64,000 nucleotides of DNA from Candidatus Bathyarchaeota archaeon (GCA_963783645.1 CAWAOH010000016.1:11782-75781); one strand, 5' to 3'. Positions 10,296-21,500 are shown, counted from the stretch's first letter. The notes: a model not told the origin generated them from the letters alone. A program made the numbers and translations.

Positions 10296-11519
10296 TTGCT
10301 GAATTCGGGTGACATTGCGTGGGTCATAGCGGCTACTGCCCTTGTAATGATCATGACGCCTGCTCTCGGTTTCTTCTATGGGGGACTCGTGAGGAGAAAG
10401 AACCTGGTGTCCACCATAGTACAGTGCCTAGCCATCTTCGCCGTCGTGAGCTTGGTGTGGGCTTTGTGGGGCTACACCCTAGCGTTGGGCCCCTCGATAA
10501 ATGGAGTAATCGGCAACCTTTCTGATCTCGGGTTGAACAATGTTGGGGTTGCACCTAATCCCAGTTATTCGTCAACAATTCCTGAGTTGCTTTACTTCGC
10601 ATTTCAGTTGAAGTTCGCTGCAATAACTCCAGCGCTCATCATTGGAGCGTTTGCTGAGAGAATCCGATTCAAGTCATTACTCATTTACATCGTGCTCTGG
10701 ACCACGTTCATCTATGCACCTATTGCCCACTGGAATTGGGCAGTAGGGGGCTTGCTGAAATCGATGGGGGTAATTGATTTCGCTGGTGGACTAGTCGTGC
10801 ATACTGCTGCAGGTGTTTCAGCTGTCGCCGCGGCACTTGTCATCGGCAGAAGAAAAGGACTAGACCAGAAGAAGGAGGTTCGGCCGAATAATATCCCGTA
10901 TGTGATTCTGGGCGCTTCAGTACTATGGTTTGGATGGTTCGGTTTCAATGCTGGAAGCGCTCTCGCCGCTGACGCCTTGGCTGTCAATGCCTTGGTCGTC
11001 ACAAATCTAGCTGCTGCTGCATCTGCAGTTAGTTGGATGCTGACTGATTGGATCAGAAAGGGCAAGCCCTCCGCGGTGGGAATCTCAGTTGGGGCTGTAT
11101 GTGGTCTTGTTGCGATTACTCCTGCTTCCGGGTATGTTGGTCCTTTGCCCTCAATAATAATAGGACTTGCAGCGGGAGTTCTGTGCAATTACGTGGCTAG
11201 CTGGCGAGCTAGAACTACTCTGGACGATTCATTAGATGTTTTCGCGTGTCATGGTGCAGGAGGAATCTGGGGAACTATCGCCACTGGTCTCTTCGCGTCC
11301 ACCGCGATCAACGCAGCTGGTCCTAACGGTCTGTTCTTCGGAAATCCTATCCAAGTCGTAATTCAACTTTTTGCTGTATTAATCGTCGGAGGATTCGCAT
11401 TCGTTGGCTCTTACATTCTCCTAAGAGTCATCAACGTATTCACTCCGCTGAGAGTCAGTCCAAAGGAAGAAGACGCTGGCTTGGACATTACACAACACGG
11501 CGAAGAAGCCTACGGATAG
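10296..11519 (+). CDS. amt: Ammonium transporter (Amt family)
   Basis: 407-aa ORF with 11 TM helices. DFAGGLVVHTAAG, WFGWFGFNAGS and VFACHGAGGIWG signatures. Confidence 0.95.
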   Translation: MLNSGDIAWVIAATALVMIMTPALGFFYGGLVRRKNLVSTIVQCLAIFAVVSLVWALWGYTLALGPSINGVIGNLSDLGLNNVGVAPNPSYSSTIPELLYFAFQLKFAAITPALIIGAFAERIRFKSLLIYIVLWTTFIYAPIAHWNWAVGGLLKSMGVIDFAGGLVVHTAAGVSAVAAALVIGRRKGLDQKKEVRPNNIPYVILGASVLWFGWFGFNAGSALAADALAVNALVVTNLAAAASAVSWMLTDWIRKGKPSAVGISVGAVCGLVAITPASGYVGPLPSIIIGLAAGVLCNYVASWRARTTLDDSLDVFACHGAGGIWGTIATGLFASTAINAAGPNGLFFGNPIQVVIQLFAVLIVGGFAFVGSYILLRVINVFTPLRVSPKEEDAGLDITQHGEEAYG

Positions 11520-11560
11520 GGTTCAAGTGAGAACGTCAGGCCGCAGAACTGCCTATTCAC

Positions 11561-11752
11561 TTATTCGCATGCAACCGGTATGATGCGAATCGAGGGCGCA
11601 TAAACGGTCTTTCGGGATATCTTGGCGGAACAACTGCCATGAACTCCACAGAACTCCTCGCAACTTTCCGACGTCTCTAGGTCTTCATAACCAAGACCGC
11701 AATACTCGCATTGGAAAACGATTCTGCCTCTGTACAGTTTTCGAGTTACCAT
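11561..11752 (-). CDS. Small cysteine-rich (zinc-binding) protein
   Basis: 63-aa ORF with CEYCG...CEEFCGVHGSC. Confidence 0.4.
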   Translation of the reverse strand: MVTRKLYRGRIVFQCEYCGLGYEDLETSESCEEFCGVHGSCSAKISRKTVYAPSIRIIPVACE

Positions 11753-11770
11753 TTGTAGCCGCCTAGAAGA

Positions 11771-11932
11771 TCAAGCGAGTACTAATGGAACTAGCTCGCC
11801 GTTAGTGAAGACGCCTCTAAGTCCGCAGGAATCGCAGACCGCGCCAAGTTGGAGGTCCGCGCCGTCGTCATAGTAGATGTTGAGGCTTCCTAAGCCACAT
11901 CTTGGGCATGAATTCCCAGTTGTTTTTTCCAT
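11771..11932 (-). CDS. Small zinc-ribbon protein (53 aa, below the ORF-track cutoff)
   Basis: My own translation: MEKTTGNSCPRCGLGSLNIYYDDGADLQLGAVCDSCGLRGVFTNGELVPLVLA, with two CxxC pairs. Confidence 0.4.
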   Translation of the reverse strand: MEKTTGNSCPRCGLGSLNIYYDDGADLQLGAVCDSCGLRGVFTNGELVPLVLA

Positions 11933-11989
11933 TTCAATCAACCTGTCCAAATTCGCTTGAGTTCTACTATCAACTAGGCATATTCCTGC

Positions 11990-12049
11990 AGAAGAAAGAT
12001 CCGCATGGAATTTACTGGCACACCATGAATCTACATGATTCGTATAGAA
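11990..12049 (+). repeat. 60-nt repeat, copy A (56/60 identical to 23125..23184)
   Basis: AGAAGAAAGATCCGCATGGAATTTACTGGCACACCATGAATCTACATGATTCGTATAGAA. It directly abuts the stop of the ROK remnant. Confidence 0.8.
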
Positions 12050-12050
12050 A

Positions 12051-12444
12051 TCAAAACGTATAATCGATAGCTCTCTTCGCGAGTGCTATTGCACCGAAGA
12101 CTCCGGAACGCTTTCCCAGCTTCGGCGGAACAATGTATTCAGCAATCTTGTCCTGGAGGAGCATATGGTCGAAGTAGCCATGTATCAACTCCTGGACGTT
12201 GCTTCTGATTGTTGCAAACAATTCTGTTCGCTCCATCACTCCTCCTCCAAGAACAATTCGCTCCGGAGATATTGCGAAAATTAGGTTCGTCAAACCTGCT
12301 GCTACATAATTCAAGAGACCATGCACGGTGATTGGAAGGTAACGCTTCTCCAGATACACCCCATCGTTTGAGCAGAGAAGGTCCAGAGCAAGCAAGGCCC
12401 TCTAAACAATCGCCATGGAAAGGGCAAGCACCCGGAAACGGGTC
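12051..12444 (-). pseudogene. ROK-family sugar kinase remnant (C-terminal ~130 aa only, also frameshifted)
   Basis: ORF 12051..12395 contains [12 protein letters not shown]. Upstream, in another frame, is [24 protein letters not shown] (ROK zinc motif). The N-terminal ~170 aa are absent, and the remnant begins a few nt after the pstA stop. Confidence 0.7.
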
Positions 12445-12448
12445 CGCG

Positions 12449-13306
12449 CTATTCGGCTCCTGTCACTTTAAGCTTGGATGCGGCCCTCACTACGATGTTG
12501 AGACCTAACACGATTGCGAGAAGCACTAGTGCTGCTCCCCAAGCGAGCGTATGAGCGTTGTCGTATGGCGATGTTCCGAAATCGAATATCAGAAACGTGA
12601 GAGATGTTGCCGGATCGTTAATGCCTGTCATCATGAATTGGCTTCCCAAAGCAGTAAACAGTAACGGAGCGGTTTCACCCATGACTCGTGCCACTGCCAG
12701 TGCAATTCCAGTTATCACTCCGCTCCTGGCTGAGCTTAGCAGAATGTAGATCAACGTTTTAGCCCTTGAGATGCCAAGAGCCAAGCCGCCTTCTCGAATA
12801 GAGGAGGCGACAAGTTTCAGAGATTCATGAGTAGAAATAGCAACTATTGGAATCATCATCAACCCCAGAGCAACGCCTCCGCTGAATGCCGGAGAATCTA
12901 TGCTGCGTTGCCACTATCAATTCGTAGATGAAAATGCCTGTCACAATCGATGGTACACCGGTCAAGACTTCAGCGAGTCAATCTCACATAGTAACCGAAC
13001 TTGCCCGGGTACTCGGCAAGATACGCTCCAGCAAGGACTCCAACAGGAACTCCGATTAGTGAAGCTAAGTCCAACCATCACAAGGCTGCCCTCTATGGCA
13101 TTCAGTATGCCCCCTCCACTTCCACCGATCGGTGGAGTGACTTGGGTGAATAAGCTGATGCTTAGTGCTGCGGCTCCGCGAGCGATGGTTTCGTAGAGAA
13201 TTGAAATGAGCGGAACTAAAGCTACACCAAAACAACTTGTTGCGAGAATCACGTAAATCAGGTTACTGACTTTTCGTTTATTGCGGAAACTAAACAGGTA
13301 CGTCAC
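12449..13306 (-). pseudogene. pstA: Phosphate ABC permease PstA, at least 2 frame interruptions
   Basis: Fragments 12962..13306 (N-terminal, ...GGGILNAIEGSLVMVGLS then off frame) and 12449..12862 (C-terminal, ARVMGETAPLLFTALG). The 12863..12961 stretch is in neither frame. Confidence 0.8.
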
Positions 13307-14263
13307 CTCTAACTTTGAAGCTCAATCTGTTGATTATCACTCGTCCCACCAAATTCATGACCAATGCAATCGCGAACAGTATCAACGCCAATTCGAAGAG
13401 GGCGGCAAAGTAAACATCGTTACCAGCGACTTCCGTAAACTCGTTGGCGATTACGCTCGGAATTGTCTCGGCAGGTAAGAATAATGAAGGGGAGATCCTC
13501 GCCACATTTCCTATTACCATCGTCACTGCCATGGTTTCTCCAATAGCACGTCCCATGGCAAGCACAATTGCCGCGATGATTCCTGTTCGAGCAAATGGAA
13601 GGACTGATGTTCTAACCATTTCCCAGTTAGTTGCACCTAGCGCAATGCTTGCTTCGCGTTGGCTTCTAGGTACCGCTGCTATTACTTCACGCATCACGGA
13701 AGATCCATAGGGAATTATCATAATGGCTAGGATAACGCCCGCCGTCAACATCCCAAGACCTGTAGTGGGACCGCTGAATAAGGGCAAGTACCCAAGACTT
13801 GCCTGCAATCGTGGGTTAACGTAAGTCACTCATGAACGGCACTAACACGAGTAAGCCCCAAAGGCCGTAGACGACGCTCGGAACAGCTGCCAGCATTTCA
13901 ATCAGGAACAGATGATGGTGTTCTCAGCTTTCTGGGAGCGAGCTCAGTTTGGAAGAGGGCAACTCCTAGGCTGATTGGAATCGCTAAGAGCAAGGCAAGT
14001 GCCGTCGTCACTACGGATCCATAAATTGCTGGCAATGCCCCAAGTACTGGGGGGCCGCCATTTGCAGGATTAGGGATCCAATCTGAACCCCAAAGGAAAC
14101 TGGCACCAAATGCTTCGATGGAAGGGAGGCTGCCATTACCAATCTCATAAAGCATGAGAACTGTAATAATTGGAATGATAATGGCGGCTATACCGAGAAG
14201 AATGAAAAAGAAATCGGGGGGCCGTGCCCGCTTTCGGGTACGGTTTCGGTCATGGCTACTCAT
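13290..14263 (-). pseudogene. pstC: Phosphate ABC permease PstC, at least 1 frame interruption
   Basis: Fragments 13898..14263 and 13290..13829. The missing link (IEMLAAVPSVVYGLWG-like) is readable in a third frame at 13830..13897. Confidence 0.8.
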
Positions 14264-14267
14264 ATGT

Positions 14268-15508
14268 TTACGAGCTAAGGAGTGGTTGTCCTTGGAAATT
14301 CAGGGTTCGCAGTAGCTGCTCATCTGCGCCTACGACATTTTGTGGTAAGGGAACGTAGATGAGTGCTTCGGAGTATTGTTGTCCGTCGTGAATTGCCCAC
14401 CAGAAGAATCCAGCGAGCGCTTTGGCCTTATCGATATTCAGGTCTGGATTGAGTGACATGTCCTTGTATACTAAGAGGTACGTGTAGGTAGCGATCGGGT
14501 ACGACTGATCTCCGCCTGCGTTCACAATGTGCAGACGCAAGTCGGCCGGGTTTGGAGTTCCGGTTGCATTAGCTGCTGCCCAGAGAATTGTTTGTAAGGT
14601 TGGTACAACAAAGTTGCCTGCAGCGTTCTGCACTGCGCCAACTCCCAACTGTTTCTGTTTTGCATAGATTACGTCGACATATCCTATTGCTCCTGGTGTG
14701 TTAGCGACGGTGCCTGCCACTCCGGCGTTGCCTTTTGCACCTACCCCGTTCGCAGCTTTGTCAACGGGCCATGTTACGGATGTGCTTCGTCCAACATTCA
14801 CATGTCCATGCGTGATTTACCGTGTATAAGTAGTCAGTGAAAGCATACGTCGTGCCGCTGCCGTCGGACCTGTGGACAGCAGTGATTTGGTTCGATGGAA
14901 GTGCTACTCCCGGATTAAGTTGCTGTATCGCAGGATCATTCCATTTGGTGATATTACCGTAGTAGATTGATGCTAATACGAATCCGTTGAACTGTATTGT
15001 GGTCGTGTTAGAGATGCCAGAGGGTTGAAGATTGTAAGTAACAGCGACTCCTCCTAGAGTTTCAGGAAATAGCGTAAGTCCTGGGGCCGCCGCGAATTGT
15101 GCGTCAGTGAGGGGTGCGTCGGAAGCTCCGAAATCGACCGTTTTCTGAGTAATCTGCTGGATGCCTCCTCCACTCCCGATTGGGTTATAGTTTATCGTAA
15201 CAGAGGGATTCAGACTGTTGTACTCGACTGTCCATTTCTGAATAAGTGGGGCAGGGAATGTTGCTCCGGCTCCAAGTAACGACACCGATACTGCTGGTTG
15301 CGTCGCACTTGTCAATGGTATTGTGGCGCTCATGGTTTCGGAGGTCATCGTTGATCCAGAAGTCATCATTGTTTCAGAAGTCATACTGTTTGAAGAAACC
15401 ATGTTGAATTGATAGTACAGGCCGCCCGCAATTATAGCTATGATTAGGACAGCAATAATCGCATAACGTCGTTGTCTTTCCTTTGGTTGATTGGTTTGAC
15501 ATATTCAT
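14268..15508 (-). pseudogene. pstS: Phosphate-binding protein PstS with TM anchor and S/T-rich linker, at least 2 frame interruptions
   Basis: Fragments 14761..15402 (LLGAGATFPAPL...) and 14268..14801. The N-terminal anchor RRYAIIAVLIIAIIAGGLYY is in a different frame from the ATGs at 15508 and 15502. Confidence 0.8.
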
Positions 15509-15578
15509 CATCGGTTCTTCATGTGCAAGGTGCAAGGTATTTAGTGAAATATCACTGAATTCATTTAGTTTCACGTGC

Positions 15579-15597
15579 ATCTATATGACTCGTATAG
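15579..15597 (+). promoter_or_regulatory. Promoter-like motif ATCTATATGACTCGTATAG upstream of pstB (partial copy of the 60-nt repeat 3' half)
   Basis: 17/19 match to ATCTACATGATTCGTATAG in both 60-nt repeats. It lies about 45 nt upstream of the pstB ATG at 15643 and contains a TATA-like TCGTATAG. Confidence 0.35.
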
Positions 15598-15642
15598 TTT
15601 AGGTTCAACTAGGCTGTGGCGCCGTGTTGTTGTAGACCTGTA

Positions 15643-16434
15643 ATGTTAAGTTCGGATCTTGCGGAACTTGTGAGAAAGGCTAGCCCTGAAATGAACGGGA
15701 GGTCGCTTGACGATTTGAATGATCGATTGAAAGTTGAGGAATTGAGTGCAGGTTTCGGGAAAAAAACTGTACTTGAGAAGATTAGTGTCGCTTTCAAGGA
15801 GAACGCTGTGACTGCGCTAATCGGTCCTTCTGGCTGCGGTAAGTCCACTTTCATTAGATGTCTCAATCGAATGCACGAAGTGATTCCTGGCGCATGGGTC
15901 ACTGGAAAGATAATCCTTGACAACGAAAACATTCTCTCCGATGAGATGGATCCTGTAGATGTGCGAAGAAGAATCGGAATGGTGTTTCAGAGACCTAACC
16001 CGTTTCCCACGATGTCGGTCTTGGATAATGTCGCCGCTGGTCTTCATCTGAATGGCGTCAAAGATCACAAAGTGATTGAATCCAAAGTGGAAGAAAATCT
16101 GAAGCAGGCGTTCTTGTTAGAGGAAATCGGTGACCGTCTGCACGAATCTGGAGCGAGTCTTTCAGGAGGGCAGCAGCAGCGTCTATGTATTGCACGAGCG
16201 CTCGCAGTGGAACCTGAAATAATACTCATGGATGAACCCTGTTCAGCTCTTGATCCGGTTGCGACTGCGAAGATAGAAGAACTCATAATCAAACTCAAAG
16301 ACAAGTACACCGTAATTATAGTAACACACAACATGCAACAGGCTGCTCGCGTATCAGATTATACTGGCTTTCTATACCTAGGCAAATTAATTGAGTTCGA
16401 TACGACGGAGAAGATTTTCTCGAATCCTCAGTAA
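15643..16434 (+). CDS. pstB: Phosphate ABC transporter ATP-binding protein PstB
   Basis: [24 protein letters not shown], and the PstB-typical tail TEKIFSNPQ. The track ORF begins at 15616; ATG 15643 is the more likely start. Confidence 0.9.
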   Translation: MLSSDLAELVRKASPEMNGRSLDDLNDRLKVEELSAGFGKKTVLEKISVAFKENAVTALIGPSGCGKSTFIRCLNRMHEVIPGAWVTGKIILDNENILSDEMDPVDVRRRIGMVFQRPNPFPTMSVLDNVAAGLHLNGVKDHKVIESKVEENLKQAFLLEEIGDRLHESGASLSGGQQQRLCIARALAVEPEIILMDEPCSALDPVATAKIEELIIKLKDKYTVIIVTHNMQQAARVSDYTGFLYLGKLIEFDTTEKIFSNPQ

Positions 16435-16480
16435 CGAACTCACTGAACGTTACATTAGCGGAAAATTCGGTTGAGATGCG

Positions 16481-17104
16481 TTGCCCCGCTTAATGGACAT
16501 GGGACTTGAGAGATTATCAAACGCTATCGGCGACATGGGTAACCTGGCTCAAGACTCGGTGATGAAAGCTATCCAAGCTTACGCAAAAGGAGAACGCATA
16601 ACACAGGAGGCTATGAATCGCGCCCACCAGTTGTCTCTGGTGGCAAACGAAGTCGAAGAAATTGCGATGGAATTACTCGTGAGATATCAACCGGTTGCTA
16701 CTGACCTTAGATTCATCAAGTCATGTCTAGAAATCGCATACGGTTTTCAAAGATTCGGGAGGTACGCGCTTGACATCGCCCAAGTGCTAGAAATCTTCGG
16801 AGACTTATCTCAATGCGACAAGGCTGGTGTTGAAGAGATGTCTAGCATGGTGGCTCAAATGATCAACCAGAGTATCCAATCGTTCAAGTCCAGAGATACT
16901 AAGATTGCTCGATCCCTAAGGCACGAGGACGATCAAGTTGACCGGATGTATCTAGACCAAATCAGACGTATCTCAAAGGGGAATGTTCAAGTAAAATGTG
17001 CCTTGGCCTCCACACTTGTCATGCGATACTTGGAAAGAATAGCCGATCACACGTGCTACATTGGCGATTCAGTGACCTACATCGTCACAGGCAGTAAAAT
17101 ATAG
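16481..17104 (+). CDS. phoU: Phosphate uptake regulator PhoU
   Basis: 207-aa two-repeat helical protein with E.IADH-type motifs (YLERIADHTCYIGD). Confidence 0.85.
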   Translation: MPRLMDMGLERLSNAIGDMGNLAQDSVMKAIQAYAKGERITQEAMNRAHQLSLVANEVEEIAMELLVRYQPVATDLRFIKSCLEIAYGFQRFGRYALDIAQVLEIFGDLSQCDKAGVEEMSSMVAQMINQSIQSFKSRDTKIARSLRHEDDQVDRMYLDQIRRISKGNVQVKCALASTLVMRYLERIADHTCYIGDSVTYIVTGSKI

Positions 17105-17143
17105 CCCTACGAAAACTTTAACATGGAATACAGGTAAATTCAC

Positions 17144-18254
17144 ATGTGTACCATGAAAACTAGTATGGATACGGAAACGACCAACGAAGAGGATCGGCTA
17201 GTACGTCGGGTCCAGGTAACTGGTAGAGGCTCGTACATTGTCTCGATCCCCAAGCACTGGGTAGAAGCTGCTGGACTAAAAAAAGGTGGCCGCGTTGAGT
17301 TCAGCAAGCAACATCGTGGACTACTCCTCACACCTTTCAATCTTGCACGCTTTGATGACGAAAGAAGCAGCTGTGAACTGGTTTTGTCTTCGCAGGACAC
17401 AGATCCAGCGGCTGTTTCCCGAAAGATAATCTCACTATACGTAGTAGGTTACTCGACTATTGAGATAGCGGCTAAATCAGGAACTCTTGGGGCGCCTATT
17501 CGGGACTGCATACGTGACGTCGCAAGGCAGAAACTTGTTGGGACAGAGATGGTGACTGAGTCTTCACGAGAGCGCAACGCTCCAGGTCTTGCTCAACTAT
17601 CCGCAGCTTCATGTGCCCGATGCGTTACGACGCATGGGGTCAATCATGAGTTCAATGCATCAAGACGCAATCCAGGCGCTGATTACTGGAGACAAAGAGT
17701 TGGCTTCACAAGTTCTGAAGATAGATGACGAGATCGATCGGTTCAGCCTGTACATCATAAGACAACTAAAGTGGGCCGTGCAACATTTACCCCTACTTGA
17801 AAGGATAGGATTGAGTTCTCCGGTAGATTGCCTCGGTTACAGAATTGTGACCAAGAGTGTTGAACGCTCTGCAGACCACGCGTGCAGGGTGGCGCAGAAC
17901 GTACTGGCACTCAGTCATCCGTTGGAATCGTCCATGACCAAGGACGCAAACGCGTTGGCTCAACTCTCTTACAAGATGATGGAGAACGCGTTACGTGCCC
18001 TTTTTGCGAAGGACTATGCGCTCGCCGAGACTACTCTACTCGAAAAAGATAGAATGGCTGGGCTAGAGTCTAAACTACTAGAGCGTCTCTTGAAAGAGAA
18101 GATGCCAGCAAACGAATTATCTGCCATAACTCTGATTTCAGACAGTCTCAGACGTATTGGAGAATACGCCACTGATGTTGCGGAAGTAGTGCTGAATATG
18201 ACCGTTGAACGAACACTTCAACAACAGACTGTAAGGCAGACGGTGAAACAGTAA
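17144..18254 (+). CDS. AbrB/SpoVT-domain + PhoU-domain regulator, frameshifted as assembled (+1 near 17560)
   Basis: N-terminal RRVQVTGRGSYIVSIPKHWVEAAGLKKGGRVEF is an AbrB-like swapped hairpin. The C-terminal part has PhoU repeats (SVERSADHACRVAQ, RRIGEYATDVAE). ORFs 17144..17728 and 17589..18254 overlap in different frames. Confidence 0.7.
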
Positions 18255-18510
18255 CCGACCCATGCGGTGCAGCGGTCCAGAATTAGAACAATGCATCTTG
18301 CTGATTCTTGCATTGTGAAATTAGCGTGAGCGTAATAGACGCATCGTTATGGGAAACGCAAAATCGAAAACAGGTCTTCCTAACTATAGTTGCGTGCGAT
18401 ATGGTAACTCACGTGATTCACATGAACTCCCCTTAAGTACGGTATGGAGAACCATTGCCACTTGCATGCTCATCCGTGTGCAAATGCAATATTGAAGGAG
18501 AATATGGAAA

Positions 18511-21500
18511 GTGACTAAGAAACTGGCTGCAACATTCATTGTTGCCATATTTCTGTTAAGCACAGTAGCAATTCTGAACCCTGTTTCAGCGCATTTCACC
18601 TTAGGTGACCTAAAGGGAACCTATAGGTACCATGCAAATGACTTCGACCCCCACGTCCCAGGGGTTATTGGATACGTCTGGCCAGGAGGCGGACAAAGCA
18701 CATGGGGAGGTTCCCCAGGTTTTGCGAGCGTCAATAATGCGCCAGGCTATCAATCACCCTATCCGGGCGGAAAGCCCGCGGGTGCGCAGGGAGCTAACCA
18801 GTTCGGAAATGCTCCGAGCTCGTCTTGGTATCAGCTTGAAGGCGACACATACGCGCCCTTCGGAGCTGTACTAACGGGTTCTACTGGTGACCTAATCTTC
18901 GCAATCAACGCAACATACGGCTACACTTGCTCACCCCGTTGTCGCTGGGGCGGCTTGGAAATCCTAATCCCACCAGCCTTCACAGTTCCCGGACCAGAAC
19001 AGATTGTGACGTCATTCACCAACGATTACTCAGGAGTCTGGGTGGACAAAATCGGTCCTTACGATCGCTATGCGCCAGGCTGGACTGTCATAACCACATG
19101 GTCAGATGCGGGTTGCAGTGGGATCGGGGCTCCTACTGGCACCCCCTGTACTTCCGCCTTCTACAATCATCAATACATAGACTTCACGTCAGCTGGAGAA
19201 TGGTATTACGTCAGAATCAACGGCGTAACCGCGCCGAACGTTGCTGGCCGGTACTTCTTCAAAGTCCTTCTATACGGCGATAACGATATCCTCGGCAAAG
19301 CCGCAAGTGGGGAAGCAACCACTCGATTTCTCCCAGTAGAGAACTGGCCGGTTATGCTTGTGAAAGGTGAGATTGACCCGGCCATCATAACCGGAACCAT
19401 CCGGTATGCGGGCTACAACCAAACCCTATACAGTAAGCCAGTCCAGGAAGCTGGCCGTGTTGACGCAGTGATGACTACTCGTCTTGACCCATACACGGGT
19501 ATACAAAGACCAGACCTGCCAACAATAGATGGCGTTGCTTACTTCAACGCAACCGCCGCAGGCCACTACGAAGTAGAAGGCTTAGCGCCCGGCATCTACG
19601 ACCTGTACGCATCAGCTGCTGGATATCCAAAAACACTCATCCAAGCGGGCGTAACAATCCTCAAAGGGCAATCATTACACTTCGACGGTTACCTACAACC
19701 TGGAGCTGTCATTCACGGTAACGTGTTCACCAAGCACCAGTTTGGTGACGAACCATGGCCACTGAATAGTGGACCCCCCGGTCAAACAACAAATCCGAAT
19801 ACTTACATTAAGATTGAACTCTACGACGGAGTAACCCTCAACCATCAGCCGGACCCGAGCGCCTTGATGGTCTCCTGGTCTCCCCTGCCATGTGTCGCAG
19901 GTGGCCAAGAGACATACTATGGCAGACGCCACGCGGGACTTTGCGGTGATCCGAGACTCGGCGATAACGTCGCATTTCCATGGCATGAATACGTACCATG
20001 GAATGGGTATTTTGCAGGCACCGGTCCGACTCCACCTGCTTACAGCTTCTATCAAACTTCAACAGGCATATCCAACGGGGCCCAGTTCAACAAGTTAACT
20101 CAGGACCCCGAGGGTGTCGGTCCACCCCAACACTGGTTTGTGCAGGGCGGTACTACTAACCCGTTCCACTTTGAGTTCGGTGTTAAGGGTGAGTACGGTG
20201 CACCTAGGGACCTGAGCGGAATGGTTCCACAAATCTTCGCTACTTGGGTCAACGGTCTTACTCCAGGACGATACTCCGTCCGCGCATGGGTATTCCGGTA
20301 CGTGCAAGCAGCATTAGACGGCTCCACTTTCCAGGAGTATACCTTTGACGTTACTCCCAACGAATGGGCGGGGGACGTAACCTTACCAATTGACCTCCGT
20401 TTGAGTAGCTGGGTCAACAAGACGGTGCATTTCCACAATGTAATCAACGGCATAACTGAAGACCCGATCGACACGGGCGGCGGTTTCATGGGCGGCTACT
20501 TGTTGGACGCTAACGGTGTAGTGTACTCTTACAACCAGAGTGCGCTTGGTTACCTCGGCAGGTATTCCAAGGGCGCAGGTAAGGGAGCATGGACTCTACC
20601 AGGAAACGCCGGGGACCAAACAACTACTTGCTACGGCGGTACAAGTCCAAACTGTGGCGACGACCTGGATAAGGCGAAGCTGAACGCACATGCCATTGAA
20701 ACTGGACGTGCGAACATTCAGTTCTGGGGCTTCAACGATACGTGGGGAGGAGAGAACTACGGCATACCCTCCGGAACGTACGCGCCGTACGTGTACGTGT
20801 TAGGATACATAGAACAGGCACCGCAGGAACTTGTCTCGGTTACTCTCAGCGGCACCCCAACAAGCATCAGCGACCACGTATACAGAGGGGCAGGTTTCAA
20901 CGTAACCGTCTACAGTATCGACTGGGAACGACCACGAGTCTCACGCAACTGGGTATGGGGTCAGTGGGGTGAAGGTCTTACTACAAATACGGCCGCAGCT
21001 CCTGGCAATGTGGGAACATGTACACCCTACCCGTTAAAGGTCGGTAATCCAGCAGCACCAGACTCATACTGCTCAGGACAGCAACCCTACCCATGGGGCG
21101 CAGGATGGAACCAGTACAAGACGAATTATCCTCCCTGGAATAGCTTGGGTACTCCTGCAGCTGGAACCGCTCTCGGAGTCGGCCAGGAAATCGATGTCGG
21201 CTTCTACGCGAACGGTACCCTAATCGACTTCCTCAGCGACGAAGCGCAGGCTTCAGGACCCGCAGCTGCCCTAGCATCAACAATAGTAACTGACAACCTC
21301 TACCAAAACGACACCGCCTCCTGGGTCGAAGCCAATGGCGGAGGATGGAACCCACTCTACCTTGACCCAGCATCACAAAACTACGTCCCATACTTTGGCA
21401 ACGCAAATCATGCCTTCTTCGGCCAGGAACTGAAACGCGCCGGATTCGTCGGAGGCTACGGTGACGGGCGTTTCGCCTTCATGAAAGGCAAGAACCTGCT

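Noticed and set aside
11990-12049. The 60-nt repeats as a CRISPR array or a C/D-box sRNA
   Set aside because: There are only two copies, 11 kb apart, with no spacer-repeat periodicity and no cas genes. No RUGAUGA or CUGA box pair is present on either strand.
15374-15580. 68-aa ORF upstream of pstS as a separate gene
   Set aside because: It is the out-of-frame 5' end of pstS. The PstS membrane anchor RRYAIIAVLIIAIIAGGLYY is encoded in the same DNA in another frame.
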